From: the human T2T-CHM13v2.0 reference genome, Homo sapiens
Assembly (NCBI RefSeq): GCF_009914755.1
Contig: NC_060925.1
Length of the DNA stretch: 64,000 nucleotides
Strand: one strand, 5' to 3'
The notes beneath the pieces are model-generated. The model was not told where the DNA came from. It searched no databases and saw nothing but the letters and a program-made list of their open reading frames with translations. Shown here piece by piece: positions 31,905 to 43,389 of this stretch (its first letter is position 1; every line of letters starts with the position of its first letter). The position numbers were made by a program, and so were the translations under genes.

Positions 31905-32233
31905 TAAAACATTTTTAAAGAACTGTTTACAATAGCTCCAATTTTTAAAATACTTAGGTATAAATCTAACAAAATTATGTGCAAGATCTGTGTGTTGAAA
32001 ACTGTAAAACACTGATGAAAGAAATTCAAAAGACCCAAGTAAATGAAGAGACATGCTATGATTATGGATTGAAAGACTCAATATGGTTAAGATGTCATTT
32101 CTTCCAATAAGCATAATCCAAATAAAATCCCAGCAAGATTATATTTGTAGACATAGATAAACTGATCTTAAAATTTATATGGAAAGGTGAAGAAACTGTA
32201 GTAGCCAAAACAACTTCGAAAAAAAGGAAAAAG

Positions 32234-32545
<312 letters not shown>

Positions 32546-33259
32546 TTACACTATCAGATTTCAGACTTACTAGAAAGCTATGGTAATCAAGACAGTATAG
32601 TATTGGTGAAAGAATTGACACATATATAGGTCAGTGAAAGAGAATAGAGAGTCCAGAAATAGACTCACACAAATATGGTCAATTGATTTTTGACAAAGGT
32701 GCAAATGCAATTCAACAGTAAATGGATATATAAATTGTGGTAATTCCATACAATAGAATTTAGCCATATAAATGAGTGAATATTAAGATACACAACATAG
32801 ATAAATCACAATTGCCATACTATACTAAATGAAAGAAGCCAATCTGAAAATGTTGCATAGTCTATAAGTCCACTTATATATAACATTCTGGAAAAAGCAA
32901 CACTATTACCCTAAAACCTTTATTTGAATAGCAGGAGTTATAGTCATGTCATTTGTCCTCTACATGGAGCACATACATCATTTACACATTAAATATGTTT
33001 TCATGTTTTTCTTTTATTTAACCTTTAAACTCTAAAGTACATAGTTCTGCTTGGCCCCAAGATGATTGTAAGAAACATGGACAATGAAATTTTATGGCTA
33101 TAGGTGACCGTCTTAATTAAAACCTTCTCATAGCAGATTTTCAGACCTGGGACAATATATCCAAGAATGAATCTTACCCACCACTATTTTTTCACCCCAA
33201 CTTCTTCACTCTTATTTGGAAAATAACTGCATTTAAAAATAAAATGTTTACTTCATGTG

Positions 33260-33500
33260 GTAATCAGTGTCTTGCAGTACAAGAAACCCTGATCTAGGAG
33301 TTTGAAGACCTAGGTGACTTTGGGCAAGTCACTTAATGTTTATTTTTTTGCATCTTAAAATAAGGATAATAATACCTGTGCTGCTTACTTTATTTGTAAG
33401 GATCTCAGGTGCATTACAGTAATTTCACAATGGTTTTACAGAGTAAATCACTTTATATGTGGTAAAGTGCTTGGTAAATGTGTCATCACTATTATTAAAT
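33260..33500 (+). mobile_element. MIR SINE
   Basis: gtgactttgggcaagtcacttaa...taaaataaggataataatacct. Confidence 0.75.
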
Positions 33501-34963
33501 AAAAGAAACCAATATTTTGTGGTATTTTGTGGCAATTAAAGCTGGTTCAACTCTGAAAATTTCTATAATTTTAAAAATTAATGCAGAATGAAGGAGGAAT
33601 AAAATCAACCTCATGAAGTTGATTACTCTCTAGTTTTAAAATCTTATTTAACTACAAGATAAGCTATTCTGGTAAATTCTCGGTGCATGGCGAGACATTT
33701 AGTGCGAATTAAAGTTGTGGAAACACCGCTAGGAAGAATAACAAGCAATATACTTCTTAAAGTTAATTGCAGTTATGAAGGAATTCATAGTTTTAGTTAA
33801 AACTGCAGTTGTTTCTTTCTAGCAGTAGATGCCAGTAGAGTTCTTCTTTTTATTTTTATTTCTTAATCAAAAATCAAATATCCGAAGTACTTCTATAGCA
33901 ATAGCTTCCTGGTCACATTACCACATATAGAAACATTGCTTTAAATATTAAATATTCTATTTTCTGGAAGGACTTGATAACAAATTGAAACAATTTTATT
34001 TTTAAAACAGTGCAGATTTAAAATACGGTGTTTTCAAGATACTCATCTAGTGAAGTTTACTCTTTTTGCTTTAGTAATTTTGTTTTAAAGCTTATGCATT
34101 GTTTTAAATAAAGTAATCTTAGTGTTCTAGTTAGGAATCTGCAACTTCTGTACTTGAGCAACATTGAATATAAATAAAAAATCTGGCTAGATGTGTTAAA
34201 AATGAATACGGTCCAGCTGAAATGTTACGATTAGTTTGTGTATTTGGCAATGGAATACCATGAGTGTAATACTTTGGGGAGGTTAATATGTCAGAGAGGT
34301 GAATGATTAAAGGGGGTAATTGGAAGCGGGGAAAACAAGAAGTTAAGAAGTCCACATTGGCACTGAGTAAAAATGTAATTCAAAGAATGAATAAAATTTA
34401 GTAACAAATAGAAAAAAGGAGAAGTTCAATGATAACAGTTCTATTACTCTTGTCTCTATATATGAGCAACTTGGTGCTTCTTGGATTATCTATAAATATG
34501 GTCCCATCATAAATAAAATTCAAACATTTTCAAGTATTCGGTGATTCTACTTAGACCTTTAAATTGTTAAAAATGAGTGAATACTTTTTTCTTTTAACAT
34601 GTTTATTGAGTATGTAATACATGCATTTCATTTATGAATTCAAGTAACTCACAATTTAGGGTCATATAAATTCATAAACAGTACCTTTTAACATAATATT
34701 ATGAGGTCAGTGAAAACAAAGCAGCAAAGTTTGTTTTCCTAGGAAGTATGTGGCAGACTTCACTGAAGAGGTGACATTTGAACTAAGCCTTGAAGATGAT
34801 TAGAATTTCCTTCAGTAGAGCAAATCAAGGGAATTCAGTAATTTTATCCACTTCTTCCCTTACAGAATCAGTCCATGCTCTGTAGATATTTGTTGAAGAC
34901 TACAGACATTTAATAAGTGTCTGTTTTGTGTAAGGCACTACCAGATGTTAAGAAACAAATTAT

Positions 34964-35285
34964 TGTTATGCACACATAATATTTATACATAAAGCTACAA
35001 ATTTAAGAATTTTGTCATATAGATGCTGTTGCATATTTGTTTAGATTGATAAAAATTTTATTACACAAAACAAAGTATACAGAAATGAGCTGTTACATGG
35101 CAAAATTCATTGGTCAGTGTTTTGTTAACTGTTATTCACACATAATATTTATACATAAAGCTATAAATTTAAGTTTATCTTATAGATACTGTTACATACT
35201 TGTTTAGATTGATATGAATTCCATTACACAAAGTATACACAAATGAACTGTTAAATGGCAAAATTCACTAATCAGTGTTTTCTTA
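34964..35285 (+). repeat. Diverged tandem duplication, period 166 bp, two copies
   Basis: cacacataatatttatacataaagcta.aaatttaag...ttgtttagattgata...tggcaaaattca...tcagtgtttt occurs at 34964-35129 and 35130-35285. Confidence 0.92.
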
Positions 35286-35430
35286 TTGGCCTTTTATGTA
35301 GTCCTAATTTGATTACATTATTGTTCCTATTTATTTTACTTATCAGTATTGTTTCTATTTTTTATGTTTGTCAAACAGTTGGCAGTAAATCTGAAGTAAG
35401 ATTTTTTTAGATAGATTGTTTTAGATAGAC

Positions 35431-35480
35431 CTTTTTCTTTCTTTCCTTTCCTTCCCTTCCCTCCCCTCCCCTCTGCTTCC
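35431..35480 (+). repeat. Polypyrimidine low-complexity tract
   Basis: ctttttctttctttcctttccttcccttccctcccctcccctc. Confidence 0.85.
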
Positions 35481-35620
35481 AAAGAGAACCACGGAAATTT
35501 CTTATCCTTTAGTGTCAAAAAAACAAGTACTCAAAATTTTTGTTAAATGCCACAGGTTACTTTCTTTCCTGAAAATTGACAAGGCAAGTTTTACTTACTT
35601 TTAATCAAAAGAGATGTTTT

Positions 35621-35915
35621 GGCCAGGCGCGGTGGCTCACACTTGTAATCCCAGCACTTTGGGAGGCCAAGGCGGGCGTATCGCTTGAGGCCAGGAGTTT
35701 GAGACAACTCCTGGCCTGGCCAACATGGAGAAACCCCATCTCTACTGAAAATACAAAAATTAGCCGGGCATGGTGGTGCGCGCCTATAATCCCAGCTACT
35801 CGGATGTCTGAGGGGCGAGAATCGCTTGAACCTAGGAGCGGAGGTCGCAGTGAGCAGAGGTCGCACCACTGCACTCCAATCTGGGAGACAGAGTGAAACA
35901 ACGTTTAAAAAAAAA
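35621..35915 (+). mobile_element. Alu (older J/S type)
   Basis: ggccaggcgcggtggctcacacttgtaatcccagc...A tail. Confidence 0.95.
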
Positions 35916-36499
35916 TAGAGAGGTGTTTCTAAGTGAGATCACTAAATCAGGGGTTTAGGTAAGTAGTAGTCTTCAGTGGTAAGGTTTTAAAATTAACATG
36001 TCTCAGCCAACTAGAAGGAACTTTTTTCTCTCAATTGAAATTTCTTGCTATGGTGGATTTTATATAATTTAAATCTTGTATTTTGTTCTTTTCAAATTTT
36101 AGAATGTTTTAAAATGTACCCCTGGTAATAGACATATGTCAGCAGATTATAAGTTTGATAAGCAATACTGACATACTAAGTGTATGTAGTTCCTGTATGT
36201 ATTAGGCCTAAATCAATGAATTAGAAACATTCAATTTTTTAAAGTGCTATTTCACATTGTTTTATTTATACGTGTTATAAATTTGTTTTGCAAGAGTTTT
36301 TTCATACCCATTTCATACTAGTTTTTTTTTATGAAAAGTTAGCTGCTTATAAGGATTCATAAAATCTGTATATTAGTTGATTTCCTAGAAAAAATACAAC
36401 CTGTCTTTAGCATGTTGTGTTTGGAGGACAGCTTGGCCTTCAGTTGTTTGCATAGACTTGTCATACATGTTTAACTAGTTTTCTTTTTAAAGAATGTTT

Positions 36500-36818
36500 A
36501 GCCTACTATATATATAAAGCTTTATATTTAATGCTCTCATTAGCCTATATATTAATATTAAAACACCCAAACATAAAGCCTTTTAGGCAGATATTGCAAG
36601 TTTTTAAAATCCTCAACTCTAGCTGAAAAGTGTTTTGCTAAGAAAAGCTCAGTAATGTGCTGTTTTATATTAACAGGAAACAGAACAGCAGTAGTGGTTT
36701 GAATACCCTGCAAACAGGAAGTTTGACACATGCATAGCTCTTAGCTTCTGTGTAAGAAGTTGTGAGCTCCTTCTGGAAACATTTGCAGTTACATTAAGTA
36801 AAGTGTAAATGCACATGA
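36500..36818 (+). promoter_or_regulatory. PRKACB: Putative Cbeta2 promoter / 5'UTR
   Basis: Repeat-free DNA directly upstream of the Cbeta2 ATG; TATATAAAG 36511-36519; ETS-type ACAGGAAA 36673-36680 and ACAGGAAGT 36714-36722. The TSS cannot be fixed from sequence. Confidence 0.6.
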
Positions 36819-37005
36819 ATGGCAGCTTATAGAGAACCACCTTGTAACCAGTATACAGGTACAACTACAGCTCTTCAGAAATTGGAAGGTTTTGCTAGCC
36901 GGTTATTTCATAGACACTCTAAAGGTACTGCACATGATCAGAAAACAGCTCTGGAAAATGACAGCCTTCATTTCTCTGAACATACTGCCTTATGGGACAG
37001 ATCAA
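36819..37005 (+). CDS. PRKACB: PKA catalytic subunit beta, Cbeta2-specific first coding exon (62 codons + 1 nt)
   Basis: Translation MAAYREPPCNQYTGTTTALQKLEGFASRLFHRHSKGTAHDQKTALENDSLHFSEHTALWDRS is the recognised human Cbeta2 N-terminus; consensus donor A|gtaagt at 37005/37006, phase 1. Confidence 0.97.
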
Positions 37006-39959
37006 GTAAGTTTTGTTTTTTAAATGATACATTATAACTAGCAACTAAAATGGTAATTGGAGTTTTACAATCAAACATAAAGAACCCTCTTTTGTTTGTT
37101 GTTTTCTGATTTTCACAAGGACATTTTGCAAGATGAAGTTGAAAGAATTCCATAAAAACTTGATTATAAGTTGAGCTGAATCATTCAGCTTTCATCATTG
37201 TATGGTTTTATTTTTGACTAAGTTCAATATCAGTGACAAGATTTTCTATAAAATTCTTACATCATTTCTAATGTACTTTTTTTTGTTGTTCTTACATAAA
37301 AATGAAATACTTAAGTTTCAGAAACAACCATCTGTTTACTTCTTAAAATGTCTTGTATTTATAAGCTTTAAACTTTGAAAGGGGCAACAAGACTCTTGAA
37401 TTTATAATTACATTTCTATTGTGTTTGCCATGGTTTTATTTTTAAATGCATGTGAGAAAGTTATTTCAGTTTTACAAACAGGAATTTCTAAAATAAAACA
37501 TAATTATTCTATCTAAATTCTTACACTTATAACATTATGGATATCAAAAACTTTATAATTATATTTTATGTTATTTATACATATGACTCAAATGCAGGAA
37601 AAGTTGGTTATGCATGAATCACATTCTTTCAGGCATGTTAAAATGTTTGAACTTGCAGCTTTGCTAAAATGGTGCTGGGGAACCATTTTTGGTGCCATAC
37701 ACTCTAAAAGATAAATTGCACATATAAACAATACTAGTGCCGCCATTCTACATCTCACCTTGGACCCTCCTCAAGGTATTTCTGTGACTCCAATTAGAGG
37801 AACAATAGAATTACCCTTGAAACTTTTGCCCTCTTTGGTGTGTTTGTTTGATCATCAAATAGCACTAGCGTTTGACTCTTTCTGTTTATGTATTTGGTAG
37901 CAGTTAAGGAAGAAAACTCAGCTTAACAACCACAACAGCAAAATCAAGAATGGCTTACAAAATTTACTCCTAGGTTTATACAGCACCTTGACAGTGTTAT
38001 AGAAGCTTATTTGAATTAATTTTTTACTAAATCAGAAATTTTTTTACATTCTTCAAACTATTTTTGGGAGATTGAGGAAGAACATGTATTTGTGCATTTT
38101 TTCCACTTAAAAGGTTTTGGGTTATTTATAGTCTTTACTGTATAGCAAGTTGATGGATGAGGAATATGAATATATATCTTCAAGTTAATGAACTGTTGAA
38201 TATTAAAATAGTGGTATAATATTAAACTTTACCATGTAACAAAAGCTTGTTAATTATTGTCCTTGCCCTATTCTTTTAAATTGCAGTCTTTTAAATCCTT
38301 TTGGAAATTATTTTTATGCATTTCAAGTATGTTTTAATTTAAAGTTAAATGAGGAATTAAGACAGAATTGAATTAATTTCTGTTTCATTAATACCTGCTC
38401 TTCATATAGTGGGTGTTTAGTAAAAGTGTCTCAAATAAATGAATGTTAGGGGTTTTTAATAATTAAAAGTTATGTTTGAACTAGACTTTCACCACTTTTT
38501 AAATGTATGGGATCTGTGATGCTTTCTAAAACATATTTTAAAATCTAGTAATGGAAAATAGTATCATGAGCCATGATTTCTATTGGATAAAATGCTGTTT
38601 TGTTTTTTTTTTATTGTGAAGTCAAAACAAATAGGATTCTTGTACACAAATAAAATTAGGAGCAAACCATGTAGCGCTGCAAATAATATGCATGATGTAA
38701 GAAATACTTAAAGAGTAACTGAATGTTCATTAATTAAGCATTCCTCTACTTGACTCTCCTTTTTATATCCCTGAATACCATAATAGAGATAATAATTTTA
38801 TGTCTAAGGATGAGTATGGTAGCATGAAGCTATAATTTCCTATTATGAAATGTATTATTGTAGAGGAGAAAACACTGATAGAGCTGAAATAGAGGAATCC
38901 GATCATTTCAAAATTCCAAGGTTTATTTTTGTGGTGAAAACACAATTTTTATTTATTTGGCGAATGAGTTATAGAAGGAGTTCTGACTGTACAAAGTTTC
39001 ATATGAACCACATTCTTCAAAGCTACTTAAAGCAGTTTACTTGCATGACTCATTTGACAAGGGAATGTAATGTCTCCTGATGATAAACACTGAATATGTT
39101 TGTTCCTAAAGTGTTTTTATAATGAAATAAACTAAGCATAGAAACTACATCAATTTACAAAAAAAATTCATAAACCTTTGTATAAAGATCAGTTACCAAT
39201 TTAGGAGACATGAAATGCAGCATGCTTCAATCCAAGTTTCTTTCGTGTCCAGTGACATTATGTATAGGAAGAAACACAGAACAAAGGCCACATAGTGGTC
39301 TCAGGTGTTTCATCTTTTACTATTAAACTAAGTAACAGAAATTCCTGTTTGATTAAATAAATATGTAACAGCTAATTGCATGCACATATAAATACATGAA
39401 GTTCAAAGAAAAGCATGGAGGAATTCTGCTTTTTGTTCCAACTCAGAATGAATGAGAGCATTGACATGCGTTAAGTTCTCTTTCTAGCAAATTTATTATA
39501 GTTAGCTTTTTAATCTTCCTTTGATCATAAATGTGTAGAGTTATACAATGCTGACTTAATGAAGGTCTAACTACAGTATTTTAAGAAGCAAATAGGTCAA
39601 TACCATCAAATACTTTTTCTTTCCCTTTTCCTATGAATTGACAGGCTATTTCTCTTGTAAATACAAATCCATTTTAGTAAATCTTAGATTTAAATATATT
39701 AAACAAATGAGCAGTTTTGATTATGGATGTCCTCTAGCAAAATCATAAAGTGGTTACAGTAGACCACTTCAGTCAGTTTTACCTTTGCAAATTTTATACA
39801 ATCTCTCAGACAGTTTACCTCCTATTTGTTAGCCCATTGAATCTGTATCATTTTAACTTCTCAGCTAAAAGACTTTCCACCTTTGTCTTTTTATCAGCTT
39901 TTTCCACTTGAAACTATTCCATAAGCTTCTTGATAATAGTCAATTTCTACTCATTTGGT

Positions 39960-40460
39960 AAAACTTTTTTGAGTATTTACTATATCATAGTAAGTAAGCA
40001 AGTTTCCAGGAAAAATAAGATCTAGTTCTTACCCCCAAAAAGAAGAGCAAACATAATATAATATTCAAGGCATAATGAAATAGTTGCTTTAAAATGTCTA
40101 AGCTTACTGTGGAAGCTAAGTGTAAGAAAAAAGTTGTTACTAAAGAGAAAATGGGGGACTTCAAAAATATTAAAGAATGAATAGAATTTTGAGACCTAGA
40201 GAAGAAGGTTATTTTAAGAAAATAACATACACAAGTATGTGAAAATATGAACATTTAGAACTTACTTAAAAGGTTTAGTAAGATACTGTCTAGAAAATTA
40301 GGTTCTGGATTTAAACTTTAAAAGTTTTCTATTAGACATCCAGAATTTTGTACTACGCTGTATTAGTGGGGAGCCAATGCAGTTTTTTAAAGTGGAAAAT
40401 AATATAATGCAACCTTTGTTAAAAGAGCCTAAAGATTTTAACTAGCATAATACAGGATAA
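39960..40460 (-). mobile_element. L2 fragment
   Basis: tttttgagtatttactat terminus; agtggggagccaatgcagttttttaa. Confidence 0.5.
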
Positions 40461-41369
40461 GTTAACTTACTTTACTACAGAGAAATGTGTATAGCTACTA
40501 TACATCTTCCGTTTTTGCTGGGCATTTAATTAGAACTAACGCTTTTGACGTGACAGTCAGCATGGCAATGAATAGTCAGATAATGGATTCCTTTTACAAC
40601 AGTGCTTGTTCAAGTTGCTGCTTCTGTCTGGAATTCTCTTTCTTCACTTCTACCAGTGGTGAGATTTGCCCATACTTTAGGCATCCTCTCAGGTATCATC
40701 TCTGTAACAAAACCACCAATGTATCCTATTCATCTATCCTTCATCCTTCTTAGAGTCTGTGCTCTTCCTTATGTTCTTATATCATCTTATACTTAACTTT
40801 TATTGTGGTTTATTTATAGTATTTATATGGTATAGTTTGTATACTATATATATTATAGTTTATAATATTTAAAATGCATTACTATTAATCCTTATGTATC
40901 TGTCTCTCATGTTTGATTTTGAACTTGAAGGCAAATAACTTGTCAGTTTATTTCAGTATTACTAGCATAATTTTCAATAAATCTTGAGTTATTTGTTAAA
41001 TTAACATTAAACATCACTGCAGTATTACACAAATGAGCTTCTTACTAATTTGTGCTATTGTGATCTTTGCAATTTATTTTAAAAGCCCATGGCCATTAAC
41101 CAAAAGCAGTCAAATGCTGACCTGGCTCTAGTAAATACCAATTTTCAGTGTTACCTGTGTATTTTTATCATGATTTCCAATAAAAATTTAAGTAACAAGC
41201 AGACTTTATAGTAAAACTAAAATAGTTGGGATATTAAATGATGTTGAAATCAGGAAATCATTCCATGAGCCATTTAGCAATGCAAGTACTATATCAACTG
41301 TACTAACATAACGAGAAGCTTTTACTTGCTTGTGCTTTGCAAAAATAGCCATATGACAGAGTTAGAAGA

Positions 41370-41535
41370 CAGCTTGCTACTCAAAGTGTGGTCCCTGTCC
41401 AGCATTATTAGCATCTCCTGGGAGCTTGTTAGGAGGAAGAATCCCAGGTCCCACCTAGACCTACTTAGTCAGAATCAGCATTTTAACAAGATTTCCCAGC
41501 TGATTTATATGCACATTAAGGTGTGAGAAGCACTT
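41370..41535. mobile_element. MER5 (hAT-Charlie) DNA transposon
   Basis: ctactcaaagtgtggtccc...agcatctcctgggagcttgttag...gcattttaacaagatttcc...gcacattaaggtgtgagaagcact. Confidence 0.85.
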
Positions 41536-41657
41536 TTTCCCTAATAACATTTTAATATGATTTCCAAATGTATATCTTCACTGGAGAAAATTTTGAAACT
41601 ACAGGAAAAAACAAAAAGGTAAAAAAAAGTATACATAATTCTGCCAAAAGGTAATGA

Positions 41658-42014
<357 letters not shown>

Positions 42015-42436
42015 CAGCTCCAGAATTTGGATCTTTCAAAACATAATGTTTAGTTAACATTTTTCTTTATAAAGAGTTGTTCTACAATACTATTTTGTAT
42101 TAAATCATAAGGATATACTATAATTTATTTAACCAATCATTGGCCATCTAGGCTGTTTTTAATGTTTTGCTATTAAAAAATGCCATGATAAACATCTTTA
42201 TAACTAAATATTTGTACATATTTAGGATTATTTTTATATTTTATAGGATTAATTTGAAGAAGTTATGACCATTTTAAGGCTTTTGCATTAAATTAATTGA
42301 ATCCCAGATAAACATGCATATCTTTTTGGAGTTAATTATTATAATAATTATTTTTTCATAGATTATAGCACTTGAGAATGTGTGAAAATAATTATATAGC
42401 TACTATCCTTAATGATATTTTTAAAAACAAATTTAA

Positions 42437-42759
<323 letters not shown>

Positions 42760-42869
42760 GAAAACACATTTAACATTGTAAAATTTATTCTCAAAACAGT
42801 ATATTGATATTTTTAAAAATTAAAAATATAATGGCCCATTATACTTCCTTCTGTTACAACTACCAGGGT

Positions 42870-43294
42870 CATGGTAAGAACATTATATGTTTGTCCCCTC
42901 CAAATCTCATGTTGGAATGTGATCCCCAGTGTTGGAGGTGGGGCCTAATGGGAGGCGTTTGGGTCATGGGGGAGGATCTCTCATGAATGGCTTGGTGTCC
43001 TCCCAATGGGTAATGAGCTGGTTCTTGCTTTATTAGTTCATGCAATAACTGGTTGTTTTTTTAAAACAAACATGGCACTTCCCCCTCTCTCTTGCTCCCT
43101 CTCTTTGCCTGTGACATGCCTGCTCCCTCTTTGCCTTCTGCCATCATTGAAAGCTTCCTGAGGCCCTCATCAGAAGCAGATGTTGGCAGTATGCTTCTTC
43201 TACAGTCTGCAGAACCATGAGCCAAAATAAATCTCTTTATAAATTATTCTGCCTTAGGTATTTCTTTATAGTAATGCCAAAATAGACCAGTCCA
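42870..43294 (+). mobile_element. MST (MSTB-like) MaLR solo LTR
   Basis: tgtcccctccaaatctcatgttggaatgtgatccccagtgttggaggtggggcctaatgggagg...cagaagcagatg...gcagaaccatgagccaaaataaa. Confidence 0.88.
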
Positions 43295-43389
43295 TAACAA
43301 AAATCTGAATGTGAAAAATATGGATTTGAGAATTTAACTCCATTCTTAATAAGTTGACACTGGAAAGTTTATTTCTTCCTCCCTCCCCC

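Noticed and set aside
35950-35965. Consensus donor TAG|gtaagt at 35959
   Set aside because: No supporting acceptor, ORF or promoter; such hexamers are frequent in AT-rich introns
37006-37037. Last 10 codons of the 72-aa ORF 36819-37037 as part of a standalone protein
   Set aside because: The known Cbeta2 sequence stops matching at a consensus gtaagt donor; the extension is intron read-through
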